Part shown: one piece after another, positions 41,980 through 56,496 of the stretch | Layout: each line of letters starts with the position of its first letter | Position numbering within the stretch: position 1 is the first letter of the stretch | Assembly: GCA_021613535.1 (NCBI GenBank) | Contig: CP075495.1 | Coordinates: 1,984,001 to 2,048,000 of the forward strand | Length of the DNA: 64,000 nucleotides | Source of the DNA: Adineta vaga | Lineage: Eukaryota; Animalia; Rotifera | Reading direction: 5' to 3' | The notes under the pieces: generated by a model | What the model was told of the DNA's origin: nothing | Database searches by the model: none | Seen by the model: the letters and a program-made list of their open reading frames with translations, nothing else | Made by a program: the position numbers and the translations under genes

Positions 41980-43489
41980 CTTTTCTGTTCATTAAACAAG
42001 TTTGATCAAGAGCATAAGCCTTGCTTGCTTCTTCAATCAATCGACTTTTCATTGGTGATATTATTTAACCATCAAAAAGCGACATCTACATTAACCGGAG
42101 AGAAAGAATAGGAGACAATATTTTGGCTGGCATAAAGTTAACTTTTCCGCGAGAAGAATAATTAATACTATGATTAAAATAATTTGATTGTGGACGTTCT
42201 TCGTGATTTTGCGGTGAGTAATTCTCTATAATCAACATTTTAAACAATGGAAATGCTTGAGAGTCGAGATAAATTACTCATTGTACAAGGTTCAAGGTTG
42301 TGAATACATATGATATTGCCTAAATCTTTTGATTTCAAAATAATCCATATAAAAAGTAATTCGATAATCGGCAAGACTTGCAAACGTATCCTTTATGTCT
42401 TTAATTGATGGTAATTCTATTGAATAAAATATAGAACTGAATTCCTTGGGCAAATTAGGATTTTTCTATAATCGTATGTCCAATATTTTTTATAAGATAA
42501 AGTTCGCGTCAATTACGATAGTTGGCTATCCCATGAATATTCGTTTTTAATTGAGTCACGTGATGTTATGGTGAATTTTAGGCAACATATCTAAGTAGAC
42601 TCGATCACAATTAGATCAAAGCGTACATTAACACCTATGAGAGAATCTATAGTATATCTGTCAGTTAGACACAAGAATTATCCATATTCATCTATCAATG
42701 CTCGTTTAACATCATTACTAAAACAATAAATTTTAATTTAATTTAGATTCAAATATTGTCGTCTTCATTAGTTTAGTTTAAACTTCGTTTAATGAGAATT
42801 GCAAAGTCAACTAGGGTAAATGATACTATTTTGATTTGAAATGAATTGTAATCTGTTCTATGACAGCAATGTCAACGTAATTCGTACTTGATTAATTCAT
42901 AGAAGATGGATAATGAAATACAGAAACAAATGTTGTTACATGTGTATATGATACTACTAATTGATGCCTATCAGGTTTGTCAATTTCTATAAAGCATCAG
43001 TCACGCTTAATTCTTGTAATAGACAACTCCAGCTAGTCGCCATTCAAGAGAGCGCTTTTCTGTCATTAACAAGTGTCAAAATAAATTATTTGCGATTTCG
43101 TGTGAAACTTAATTAATTTTCTTGTTGAAACAAAACCCAGAAATGGTATGAAGTAAAATTTTTATTCGAAACACTTTGAAAACAATGCGTAGTGGATAGA
43201 GAGAAATATCGTCGGATATGTAACACCACTCCACTGAGCATGACATCTGGCGACATGTACAATAAGCACAACCTGTTTCGAACTATGTCGTCAACCACTA
43301 GCACATTTCGAAAGAAACAACATTTTTGTTCGATTCATACTGTTGAAAATGAAAATTCATCTTACAAAAACTCAATATCCTCCTTTGGTCAGTTGAACCA
43401 TTATTTTGTTCAAACCAATCAAATACTTGGTCATCCTAACAGTTCCCAACGGGTCAAAGAGTTAACAATTTTGAAATACTACTATTATC

Positions 43490-44665
43490 ATGTCTTCTGA
43501 AAACGAACAATTAGCGAATACTAATGGTGGTGGTCTCAAACGACATCATTCAAGTAAGATTAATCGAATCTATGCTTCATCTTCTGTAATGAAATAGTTT
43601 CATATTTTAGTCGAAAATTTTGAACCAGTTAAAGAAATAAAAACCGATAAAACACCACAAAAATCTGTTGATACTACACCAAAAAAAGGAACAAATGCTC
43701 ATCATCATGAAGAAAATACGAATAATAAATCTCTTGAAAAAGGAGATATTGTTTTTATGTGTAAGTTATTATATTTGACATTGTTCTTTCTAGAATAGTA
43801 GACACATTTATTTTCATAGATAAACCAAAATTAGGTGTTGATGAAGCATCATCTCTTGATGATGTTCAATTATTTCATGTTATGTTAATTCCAGAAGATA
43901 CGAACGATCAAGGTGATTCATCATCGAAAACACGTTTAATTAAAATTGGAAAAAAGAAATTACCAACAAGTGGAAAGGATCGTTTCTGGGCATTTATTGA
44001 AAAAGCTGATGATAATTTGGAAAATGTTGAAGAAAATCTCGAAGCTCAGACCTATCAAACAGCAACAGTTGGAACACGAACAATTAAAGCTGATCGTATT
44101 GCTGGTAAAGGAAAATATATAATGGCACAACCAGATGAACGTCGAACAATTATTGGTTATGTTCTTGAATCACCAGTAGAAGTTGGCGAAGTTCAACATG
44201 CATTCAATATTACGAAAGAAGCATCCTTTTCCTTAGCTGTAAAAAATCCGAAAAAGAAAAGTCCACCAGCTGCTGGTCTTACTTCAGATGAAAAAGCTGA
44301 ATTTCCTCAAGATATTCAAAAGAAATTCGGTGATTATCAATGGTTACCAGGTTTGTATTAAATCTAAATTCAGTATGTATTTATCACGAAAGAATCTTAT
44401 TCTAGCTGAACCGGCAATGCTTGATGTTTTGGGTTGTGAAATGGTATGGATTGGTTCATCGACTGGTGATCATGAAGAATTATTAGAAGAACTGAGTAAA
44501 GAAATTGAAGAAGAAAATGATCCAGAAACATTAGCAAGTGAAGTCATGAAAGATATACAATTAGATGAAAAACAACATCCAATTCAACCACTTATTGATG
44601 GTCAATGGCCAAATGCAGAAGATGCACCTGAGAAAAAAGATGAAGAAGAAAATAAAAATGAGTAA
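43490..44665 (+). CDS. Uncharacterised protein of a family I recall from bacteria/fungi/plants (HGT candidate), 4 exons
   Basis: Introns 43554-43610, 43761-43819 and 44351-44405 give an open frame: LEKGDIVFMYKPKLGVDEASSLDDVQLFHVMLIP...RLIKIGKKKLP...RFWAFIE...GYVLESP...GEVQHAFNI..EASFSLAVKNP. Confidence 0.8.
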
Positions 44666-44780
44666 ATTCTTTCCAGTTGTGTGCGTGTGTGTGTTGTTAT
44701 TATTCATTTCTTATCTTTAATTTATTTCAATAACATATAGTTCTTTTTTGTTGTTGTTGTAATATATTGTACAATAAACT

Positions 44781-45583
44781 TCATGATGTAGATGGAAGAT
44801 TCATTCGTTCATTTGTTTTCATGTTTAATTTACATTCTTTTAATGCAATGAGACTTATAACAAAATCAAAGTAAGATAAACGATCATTATCTTGATCAAT
44901 ATCAATTGTATGAATAGCTGTACGAATAATATCTTCATCGCAATGAGATGTTAAATGTGGTAAAACATATTGAATATCTTCTAAAGTTATGTAGGAATCT
45001 TTATTATGATCAAGTTCATTGAATATATTAAGTAAACTATGTGAATCTTGTTTTATCGGTGGTAAATGACATAGAATGAGGACGAAATTTTCGAAGTTAC
45101 ATGGAACAAAGAGATCAATCTAAGAAATGAAATGACTTTTTTTCTTTGTTTTAAAGTTTGTCTTGAAATGAATAAGAATACTTGTAAAAATTGCATGGTT
45201 TCAACTAATACTAATTCTGTAATTTGTTCATGGAAATCATTTAAAATTTGAAAAATACCTTCGAAATAGATTTGCTGTTTGTCGTTTGCATATGTATTAA
45301 AATGAAGTTCAAGAATAGATAGAATATTATACAAATTCTTGGATGTTTCGATATCTTGTTGTGCATACAGAAGTAACATTTCAGTTAACGAGCATAGTCG
45401 AACATTCGTTGTAGGAATTTGACGTTCAATACTCGTTGTAATGTAATCCAATGTAGAACTTGAATTTATCACTCTTCGTATAGAATCATTATTATCAAAA
45501 GTATCATCACTATTGACTGCGATTGGATGATGATCAACTGAAATGACAGATGACGTACCAATTGGATTAATCTTACTTGTCAT
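44781..45583 (-). CDS. EF-hand domain protein
   Basis: Exon 2: IFNELDHNKDSYITLEDI and IDIDQDNDRLSYFDF. Confidence 0.75.
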
Positions 45584-45720
45584 AATAATGTTTTAAAGTA
45601 AGAGAATATTATTGCGCCTTTTGTCTTCTAACTGAAAACAAATATATTCTAATGATAATATCATATGAAGAAGGTTAAATAAGTTGTTTAAAACTATTTC
45701 TTTTTCTTCAATGAGTATGC

Positions 45721-46439
45721 ATGGGCTGTGGCTGTTGTTCACATGCATTAACTGAAAAAGATGTTTTACGTGTAACAATTTTTGGTTTGGAAAATTCTGG
45801 TAAAACATCTCTTGTTCAATGTTTAAAAACTTCAAAGAATCTATTACAAACATCGTCATATATTTCTACTCATGGAGTCATTGCTATTAATATTCAAATG
45901 AATGTTAATTTACTTGTTTTTGATTGTGGTGGTTGTAAACATCAACGACATATTTGGCCTCATTTAATGAATAATTCTGATGTCATTCTATTTACTGTTG
46001 ATAGTATGGATGTAACATGTTTAAATGATGCTAGAGATGCACTTTTTGATTTACTGACGGATGAAAATTTAATAGATAAACCTTTACTTATTGTATTCAC
46101 AAAATCCGATCGAGGAAATAAATTACATATGAATCAACTCGAACAGGCATTAGATCTTTCAATGATAAAAGTAAAATAATAGAAAAGAAAATAGATCAAT
46201 AAATTTGCTTCGTTTGCTTTTAGAATCGATCTATTCATAAAGTTTTATTTTCATCCGTTACATTAGATGGTTTATCCTTAATAACAACATGGTTCAATTA
46301 TTTTAGTCATCGTAAACTCCATGAAAACAATATGGATAAATCATCGATATCATATTCATCTTCTGAAAAATATCGTTTACCTCAGTCACTTCATCTTTCC
46401 ACATTATCAACTTCAATTTCTACAACAAGCAAAAACTAA
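45721..46439 (+). CDS. Atypical ADP-ribosylation factor-like (Arl) GTPase
   Basis: MGCGCC N-terminus; G1 GLENSGKT; G3 DCGGC; G4 TKSD; one intron near 46171-46223. Confidence 0.85.
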
Positions 46440-46529
46440 TCAATCAATTAAAGTTTTATTTGTTTTTAGGAAAAATAAGTAAACACACATAAATGTATAG
46501 GATACAATTTTATTCTGTATCATGTATGA

Positions 46530-48044
46530 TTATGCAAGAGAAGTAAGAGAAAATGGTTGTTCAGAATGTTTCCATCGTGCTCCATCATATTCTGCTATAT
46601 AGAGAGCTAATGGTGGATATGTGGCAACAGTTCGATAGAACATTTCTTTGTTAGGACGTATGCCTTTAATTGCATCTGTTAATGCTAATAATCCTGGTGC
46701 ATGTGTAACAATCAGTATTGTACCACCACGATGAGCATATCGATTAACAATACCATGCATAACAGTAACTGATCGATCAAAATATTCATCTAATGATTCA
46801 GGAGCATTGATTTTAGGTATTAAAGTTTTGTATTCCAGTTTAATATTATAACCATTTTCTGTTAATTCAGTTTTTGTCATAAAACTTTCGGCGACTTTAT
46901 AATTGTGATGAGGACATTCAAATAAACCGGGTTCAACACGTATAGGTATACGTGCACTAGAATTCATACCTGCGAATAGAAGAAAAAAATAAATAAAAGG
47001 ATCGAAATGAGATCTATTAATATTCAGATTTACCAGTCAAAACACGTTCACTTGTTTGTATACAACGAAGAGCAGATGACGAAAGACATACATCAGGTAC
47101 TATATGTGCATTGAACATAGCACGTCCTGTATGACGAGCATTTTTTAAACCATTAACTATGTTGAATAGATAAATTATATATATATGTATATATTCGCAT
47201 AAGCATTCTACATACTCGTCAAAGGTACATCATATTCATAAGCATGATGAGAACCTCGTTTTGGCAGAGCTTCTGGCAATAATGGATCATATACTTTATA
47301 ACTACCAGATTCAAAAGCTTTCATAAACCAATGTGCTCCTAAAGCTTGATTCACTCGTTCACTGTGACGCATAAAAACCAATCGTAATGGTCGTCTTGTA
47401 GATACATTAGCAAGTGCTCCATGATGACGTGGTATAGTTGACGCATGAGTCCCATATACTTCATGATTTTCAGCTGAAGATGATGATGGTGATTGAGGGA
47501 TACGACGACTATGTCGTATGTGACGACGACGATTATTATCTCTATGAGATAGATCTTTATCACTATGATTTTGTACAAAACTGGCAGACTGCTGAACGGT
47601 CAAATGATGTTCATGTGATGCACGTCGTTGTGATAAAAAACTGGGTAATTCCTCTGCTGGGTGTTGTAGAACAGATCGTCTTGTAGGTAACTTGGGTGAA
47701 ACTAAACTTTCGTAAACATTATTAGTGGAATGATGATGATGTTGACGATGATGTTTTGGTGAAAAATCCGATGTTGGTATTCCTCCTTCAGTATCATATC
47801 CTGTATCAGAACTTTTTCGAGGTCTAAATAGAGCTTGTGCAACATGTAGTACAGCTAATTCTGTTGGATCACTATAATCTGTTGTTGTAATCAATGGAAG
47901 AGAATGTTTTTGATTATTATGATCGGCTAATTTATGTGAAAGTGAATGTGGATGTGATAAATGAGAGTTATGATCATTATTATTGGCATCACTATTCGTT
48001 AAATGCCATTCTCGATGCATCGTATCAATTAATTTCTCAGTCAT
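46530..48044 (-). CDS. Histidine phosphatase superfamily protein, UBASH3/ecdysteroid-phosphate-phosphatase-like catalytic domain
   Basis: LVFMRHSER, DVPLT, SSSALRCIQT, IRVEPGLFE, ILIVTHAP; His/Ser-rich N-terminus; no UBA or SH3 domain seen. Confidence 0.85.
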
Positions 48045-48658
48045 CAAGTTGTTTTGTTTGTCGCAATAACAATACGAATATAAACAAATAAGAAAATGAC
48101 TCGGCTCTTTTTCCGCTCCCTACAATACTTTTCGCACGTATTTTGTATCTATAGGCGTCACACATCGATGCACTGCTTCGTCATTGTTATAGAAATATAT
48201 TGTTTAAAAAGAAATAAAATTGTAGATATTTGCTTTTCAGATGATGACTATCATAGAGTACATTAGATAAACGATGACTTACAAAGTGTATAATCACATC
48301 ATCAAAATACTACGATCGAAAAAATATGAAAGAACATTTAATATTAGAAGTCATTCAATGATGATTCACATAATTTTCTTTCTATTAAAAATAACGTTTA
48401 TGTATGACGTCATTATAGTATTATGACGATAAATTCTTATTTAAAATTATGTCTTTGAAGGGCAGACTTGTGTATTTCAGCATCTGATAATTAATCCTAG
48501 ATAATAATAACAATATCAGCAGTAACAGTTGTCATTTTCCATCGTTATTAGTAGATTATCATAATTCAAACGAATGGATAATGTCAGAACTATAAAAATA
48601 TATGCTAGTAGTATATACTTCGTATTTGTTTTCTTTGTCTAATTCAACGATCATCATA

Positions 48659-49001
48659 ATGTTATATGAAAAACGTCATGTTTTTGGAATTTTTTCTCCA
48701 TGGAATTTCACGAGTGAAAACCATCAATTGCCAATGTTAATATATTTATTTTTAATCATTTTTCTTGCTCTTATCATTGCACTTATTTGTGAACATTTTG
48801 AAGAACTATTTTGTTGTCATCAATCTTCTCATCCATCATTACAGAATGATCATGAAATAACACAGTAAGTTTCCATATCTAATTATATCATGAAGATATT
48901 TCTCTATACATACGATTTTCTATTTCATTAGAATTTCCTCACATGAAATTACATCATCAAAAGTTATACAAAATCCAAATTCAGTAATATTTACTTGTTA
49001 A
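48659..49001 (+). CDS. Small single-pass membrane protein (hypothetical, 2 exons)
   Basis: Hydrophobic LIYLFLIIFLALIIALIC; clean GTAAG...TAG intron at ~48865-48932; AATAAA overlapping the stop. Confidence 0.5.
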
Positions 49002-49197
49002 TAAAACGATATACTTTTCTCGTCTGTTCATCTACTTCTTTTTCCTATTGACAAAGATAAATGTGCTATATGATATATATATATATATATAATCTTCTTA
49101 GCTATCATTCTTCTTCTTTCTCTATATTCTCATCGACTTGTTTTTAATGATCGATTTGCTGTCATTGTTAAATTAGTCAATAATTTGATCATGTAGA

Positions 49198-50551
49198 ATG
49201 CTCAGTTATATCTTCTGTATTATTTATTTCTATACTTTTTACATTCAAATCATTACATCAACTAAAATCTATAAATTTGAACGATCATTTGGATCAAATG
49301 TAATATTACCATCATGTCTATCTGTTAATAATGTTACTGTAAGTTAATTTTCTACTATTTCTCTTGAAAATGTTCGCTTTTTTTCTTCTGTTTAGACAAT
49401 TTTATTTAAATCAGATTCAGGTGAATTATTAAGTCTAAATGGATTATTAATCTCTGATAATCCACGTTTAATAATCAACAATCAATCTTCAACAGAATTC
49501 GTTATTCAATCTCTTGAATTATCTGATCAAGGAGAATATGAATGTCGAACTGATGAAATACTCATTTATATTCTTCATTTATTAGTAGTTAATTGTCAGT
49601 TTAGAAACTATTTTTTCCATTTTTTACGAAATGATTTTATATTTAGTATCAATCATTCATTTAACAGTACGCGAAGGTTCGAATGTGACATTACAATGTG
49701 TTGAAAATGGTAGATGGATTATAGAAGAAAGTCATCGAGGAGGACCTGTTCGTAAGTTATCTATCGTTTTTAACAATAACAATAAATCTTTCTAATGATA
49801 TTAGGTACACAATATACATCGGAATTAATATTGAATAATATTCAACGAAATGATCATCCTTTTCAAAAAATAACTTGTTTATCATTGAATAAACACGATA
49901 GACGAGAATATATTATTGATGTGATGTGTAAATATTTCTTCTTCAAGATTATCTTCACATAACATTCTCTTCTTTTTTTCTCTCTTTGGAATTAGATAAA
50001 CCGACTGTCAAACTAGTGATGTCGGAACGAGAGAGATTGATATGTATAATATGTGCTCAACCAATACCATATCGTATACAATGGTCTCGGAATGCACGAA
50101 AAGAACGCGATGAAAATATTCATCAAACAAATATCAATCAATCATGTATTGTTCAACAGTTCACTTCGATCTTAGTATGATTAATAAATCATTTAGATTG
50201 AGATTGATAGAAATCGTATTTTTAGAAACAAACATATGATCGTGAACAGATTATTGAATGTGAAGCAGAGAATATCTATGGAATTGATCGAGATCGTTTA
50301 CGATTCAATGGTAAGTAGATATGATGAAAATCAATAATTATTATTATGTTCTATTAATAGGAAAATCAATAGAAAGAAACTTAACATATAGAACAAGACA
50401 CAATTTATCAATTACTTCGTCAAATACATTAACAAAACTAGTTAATGTTACAAATAAATCTTCATGTTTTTATAGCAATCGAAATATTATATTCACAGGT
50501 CATTTCATGATGATTCTTTTTCTATTTAAAAATACAGTAATTGTCAAATAA
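49198..50551 (+). CDS. Secreted/GPI-anchored immunoglobulin-superfamily protein
   Basis: Signal peptide; LELSDQGEYEC; VREGSNVTLQC; IECEAENIYG; hydrophobic C-terminus. Confidence 0.8.
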
Positions 50552-50557
50552 GAGAGA

Positions 50558-50584
50558 TGTATGTATGTATGTATGTATGTATGT
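50558..50584. repeat. (ATGT)n microsatellite
   Basis: Direct reading. Confidence 0.9.
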
Positions 50585-50901
50585 GTGTGCGTCATTTGAA
50601 AGCGCCATCTACATGAAAAACTAGATTGCATTTTCTCTTAATTCATACGAAATAAATATTAAAAAGAATTGATTTTCAAAATAAATTTTGCTTAAAAAAA
50701 TGAGGAAAAATGTCAATCATTTGTAATATTCTTGTAGTAGAAACTGAGCTCTTTGTTTGATTAACCAATCCTGGTGTGTCTCCTATTGATTGTTCAATTC
50801 TATCAATCAAAACACAAGAACTAGAATCTCATCTCATCTCATCTTCTTATATTCAACCTTTTCTTTCCCTCTGTTCTTTTTCTTTCGAACAAGAAAAACT
50901 T

Positions 50902-53468
50902 ATGTCTCCACCTTCGGTTCGTCAACCTGGCGATGTTGTTAACGAAGTCTATTCGGAAAGTATTAAATCGATTGTTCAAACATGTCTTGATGCTGGCGAT
51001 GATCCTAATTCACTCATCGAACAAGCTAAACGTGAACTTTATAAAATGGTCACTGAAATGATGGCAGAAGATGACGCTTTACTTGAACGTAAAAGAGCTG
51101 AACTTGGACCAATTCGTTCTCGTTACGAGGCACTTTATCATGAATTACATCCGGATAAAACTTGTCCACAATATGGAAATACTTTACCTGTTCTTCTTGC
51201 TTTACGTACATATATTGATGAACATAAAAAACTGAAAGAAGAACATGAAAAATTACTCGAACGTGAACCAGATATTCGTCAAGAAGAAAGACAATTATGT
51301 AATGAACTCAATGAACGTTCACTACAGATTGATAATCAAACTTTTATGTCCAAACAATTAGTTGCACAAATGAGTCTTCTATCTGAACATATTACGAAAT
51401 TACGTGAAGAAAGAGTACGGTTTTCTAATAATAAAGATTATTTATTTAAGAAAAAAAACTTTTCTCTTTAGACAAAACGTATCAATCATCTTTCGGAGAT
51501 AATTCGTATGTTACATGAATTTGAAGAAGTTTATGGATGGAAACGACCAACTGTAGATACAATGATTAGTCGACTATTAATTCTTGGACCTATTGAAGTT
51601 GATAAATTTACTTTAACAAAAGAAGCTATTGAACTTGTTGATAAAGAATTTGCTCAAGTAAGACGAACAAATATTCATTTATTATTTCTTTTCATGATAT
51701 ATTTAGATCAATGAAAAAGTACAAAAAGCAGAAGCTTGTTTTGAACAATCGCATAAACAATTAACAGCATTGATACGTAAACATCAATCATTAATTCCGA
51801 ATGAAAAAGCATTAGCAGTTGCCAAGGCAAAACAATGTCGAATGTCAAAATTACCTGACGTATGTTTTTTTTCATTCGATTGTATTTCATAAATTGAAAG
51901 TTTTCTATTTAGTTAATAGCAGAAGTTGATCGATATACTGAACATGCTATGGAAAAATTAACAAATGATATTATTAAAACACGTGAACGAATTCATGTTA
52001 TATTGAACAAATTATCTGTTGGTGATGTTGCCAATAATTCCAAATATGCGATTTTATATACAAGTAAATAATGAACAACTATTTGAAAATAGTTCGATCA
52101 TATTTTGTACTTTCTTTTCTGTCTTGTAGATGATTTTACCGAAGATATTTATTTTATGCATGAAGAACTTTTACAAGAACTTGAAGCACAATATGAAGTT
52201 AATAGAACAATGTATGAACAAATTGAAATATGGAATGAACTTTTTCTTGAATTTCAAGAATTTGAAGTATATATATTTGTTGTTGTTGTTGTTTTGATAG
52301 AAATATTTCGTTTTGTTTTTATTAGAAAAATGCGAGTGATCCTCAACGTTTTCATCGTCGTGGTTATAGTGCGTTAGCTGAAGAAAAAACTCGTCGAAAA
52401 TTAGAAGCAAATTTACGTGATTGTGAATTACGTCTGGAAAATGCTGCAGAAGAATATATGAAGAAAAACAATGGACAAGTATTTATTATGAGTGCTAATG
52501 GAAAAGAAATTACAGATTATGTTCGACAACGAAAAGAAGATTATATAAAAGCAAAAGAACGTGAACGAGAAGCAGCAAAGGTAAAGATATACAAATGTTT
52601 TTTTATTTCAAAGACATCAATCTATTTGTTATTAGACACCGGGTTCTAAGAAAAAATCTCGTACAGAAACTGTAGTACGTTCTCGTCCTGCTCCTCTTCA
52701 ATCAGTACCTGGCGGTGATGAAAATACTAATATCAGTGACGATAATCAATGTGCCACAACTCTTTGTGTACCTGTTTCTAAAAAGAAAAAATGTCCTTTG
52801 TAAATATTTTCTTTTTTCTTTTCTTACTTTATTTATCAATCGAAATTCTTTCTTTTTAAAATAAACAAAAAAAAAACAGACGAATCTATCTGCTTGGGAA
52901 TCTTAGTTTCTTTATCTCTACTTATGATTCTTTCTAGGCAGCACCCAAAGGTACATTAGTTGGACGAACACCATTAAAAACGAAACAATTTCCAAGTAAC
53001 ACATCAAGTGTTATATCAAAACGTGTAAGTGTAATTCTTCAATTACACTTGTTTATCTATTTCTTAAAATAAAATATCTTTAGTCGGAATCAACTTCAAC
53101 TCTTCGAACACCTGCTCATCGTGCTGGTATGCCACAATTACCAACGGGTAAAACTCCATTACATAATTCAACTATGCAACTTCGAACAATAAAACGTACT
53201 AATATCGATACAACATCATCAACAATTGTTACACCTGCTAAACAACGGCGTTTGATTAATAAAATTGAAAATATTTCTTCACATAGTATTTTAATTACAA
53301 ATACATCAACTATTCTTAAAACATCTACAATGGTAGGAATGATTGTTCTTTTCTTTTTTGTTTCGATGATAAAATGATATTATAATCTTGTTTCAGACAA
53401 CACCTGGAAAACGTCCATTGCCCAAACGTGCAATTCCAACACCGATTCGTACTTTTAAACCAAAATAA
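50902..53468 (+). CDS. PRC1: Microtubule cross-linker PRC1/Ase1/MAP65 family
   Basis: Coiled-coil rod, signature ASDPQRFHRRGYSALAEEKTRRKL, basic TP-rich C-terminal tail. Confidence 0.82.
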
Positions 53469-53599
53469 AAGCCTATTTTTTTTTTGTTTGTTCATGTAAA
53501 TCTTATAATTAACATTGTATATTTATTTGTTGTTTTATTTGTATGTACAAATAACAAAATAGATAAGAGAAAAATAAATACATTTATGACTATATCTGA

Positions 53600-54273
53600 C
53601 TAAACAAGAATAGATTTTGATAATTTTTTCTCTTGATTTTCATTTAATATTGGTATATCAATATAATTTGGATTACTAAATGCTGGTAGTGATTTTTCGA
53701 TTGGCTTTAGTACTGTTGTTATCGTAGGTTTTGTTTGTCGTCTTCGTGATTTAACACGTTCTACTCGATCATTTTCACGTGCAATGAATTGATCAATTTC
53801 ATCAATTGGTTCTATGGATGAAAGGACAGTTGCAACTGGTAATTTTGTACTGACGACTTGAGCTCGTTCAGGTTTAATTGCTTTCTAAAACGAAAAAAAA
53901 AAGCAAAAGATTCGTTTTTTAAAGAAAACAGTTGTCTTTCTACCAATGAAAATCGACTTGTTTTTGGTGGAATTATCACTGGTTCATCTCGTAATGTTAC
54001 ACAACGTTTTCGAGGTTTTGCATATAGTGGATCGAAATTTTCTTCCTCATCAATAGTATCATGGATTCGTTGATTTACATAATTATGTTGAACGATTGAC
54101 GAAGGAGGAGTTAAACAATTTGCTAAAAGTAGAAGAGGAATTTGCGTTTTAATTGTACATGGATATATACATATAGGTTCAATATTAATCATTAATGGTC
54201 GAGAAAAAGATAAATTTGTTTCATCAATAATATCATAAATTGGATTGGAATAAGAACGTATATCTGACGACAT
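53600..54273 (-). CDS. Hypothetical protein (2 exons)
   Basis: An intron at ~53886-53944 joins two open frames, ending at TAG 53600-53602. Tyr motifs NPIYD, PLYAKP and NPNY. Confidence 0.6.
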
Positions 54274-54510
54274 AGAAAAAACATCAATCTAAAAGAAAAC
54301 ATATATTGTATATATCACTTTCGTTCTACTTAGTTTGTAAAAACAAACAAAAACATTTGAATGGATGAAAGACATTTCATATCTATTTATATACATAAGT
54401 TCCTATTTTGAAGAAGAAGAAATGTAGATGTACAAGAAATAAACAATGAGAAAAATATGAACTAAATCAAATTGACTATCTAACAACTGTCTATGTGAAA
54501 TAATAGAAGA

Positions 54511-56496
54511 TTAACGTTTAAATTGAGAATAATTTGTATCGTTTGAGAAATCGACATTGTGAGAATGTCTAAAAATATAGAACAATAGATAATTTCTAGT
54601 TCTTGTTATGAATTTATGATATCATTCAGACAAAATGAAAATCTTTACTTCTTATCTGACATGTTGCATTCATTGATTGGTAAAATCTAGAAAATTGATG
54701 ATAAAAACATTGTATATTTCTTGAAAATATCTCTTTGATTTTTTTTACTTCATATGATTTTTCCCAAAAGCTAATATCATCACTTGCTTCAGCTAATCGT
54801 GCTCGATCCAAAAGATCATAAATATTTGTTTGAGTATATTGATAAATCTGTAAGAGTTTTCGAATACAATCAATTGAATATAAACTAATTTGACTAGATA
54901 GACAAGATTTCGATGTTAATTTAAGTAATTGTGAACAAAGTAATGGATGTGATAATGGATCGATAATAATTGGTTTGAAAGAGAATTTATTAATCTAAAA
55001 TTCAAAGAATGATTGATTTTGAAAAATGAAAAGGAAATTTGAACTTACAAATTGTTTGATATTCTCTTCATCAAGTCCATGAAGAATATTTGAAATAGTA
55101 AACCATGGTAACATTATATAAGAATTATATCGAGCAAAAACAATCTTTTCATATGAATTTAACATAACTACTTTGATTAATGGAAGATCTGGTAATGAAT
55201 ATTTTGTTTGAAATGAATCATCCGATACGGATGAACGTTGATCATTATGTAATTTTTTCGTACAACTTTCTTTCTCATGCATTACTCTGTATTTTCAAAT
55301 AGAAAAAAAATCAATCAGTATTTCTTCTAAATTTGACATACTCTCCAGCTTTCCAATAGAGTGCCATCATTGAATGCATTGGTCGACCTTTACTATCCAA
55401 CGTATAGATCTTTAAAACAGAAACAAATTCTTTTTTCTTTTCTTAAATAATATCTTCTTACAAGATTTTTTTCATTGGATATATCATCAATTGGTCGAGC
55501 CATTTTACAATGAATTAAAAAATCATTAATACAAACATAAGCTTCATCGTGTGCAGCAAATAAATTAACATAAAATGTATTATCACGTCCTTTATACAAA
55601 GGTTCAACATCACATTGACAATTACCAACAACATTTTGAAATGTTTTCAATACAACATCATTCCATTCATTCGTATCATTATTTGTTAAAGGTCCAATCG
55701 CTGCTAGACGACAGGTTAATAAATACACAGGTCGTGAGGAATATTTTGTTAGAATAAATCGTATACGTGAACGTGGTACATGTTCTTCCCAAGAATTTAA
55801 ATCAACAAAGAAAACATTAACTGTATCATCAATTAAATCGTATTCCATAATTTGAGAACGATTCCAAGCTAATGCAATTGGATCCCAAGTAACGCAAAGT
55901 AAGTTTGTACGTATATATTCTTTTGATATATTTAGATCATCAATTGAATTATAGTAATCACTGAAAATGATTGTATTAGAAAAAGACTAAAGATGAAAAC
56001 AAGAAATTTACTTCATGACTTTGAAAAATGCATCACATTCAACTAAATCTCGATTTAATTGAATTGTAAATGCATATGGTGAAATAATTGAAACAATACA
56101 ACATTGTTGAATAAGATTTAATTCTAATGATGATGTTTCATATTTATATTCATTTGAGTTCACATCAGCGATGAGAATTTCATTTGATGATGTCGAAATT
56201 TCTTCATCAAATGATTTTTTCTAAAGAAAAACAAAATAGAATTTTAGAATTTAACTTTAACATTACTAATAACTTACAAATAATGAATCTTTTATCTTCG
56301 TTGTATTTATATTCATATGATCAATTCCATTTTGACAAACAAGAATCTGTTCTGTAATATAATCATCATTCGATTTATGTATTTGTTTATTCATTGATAT
56401 TGATGAAGTCTTGGGATACATATAACGATTATAGGATTCTGCTTGTTGAAGAAAACGTCGTAAAACTTGACTTCCATGATTCTGATTTCGATACAT
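54511..56496 (-). CDS. Tudor-domain-containing protein
   Basis: IVSIISPYAFTIQL...LCVTWD...WNRSQI...VNVFFVDLNSWE...LTCRLAAIGP...W extended-Tudor pattern; multi-exon. Confidence 0.8.

Noticed and set aside
43192-43500. 102-aa ORF
   Set aside because: Non-ATG start, no recognisable domain, and overlaps the ATG of the better-supported gene at 43490.
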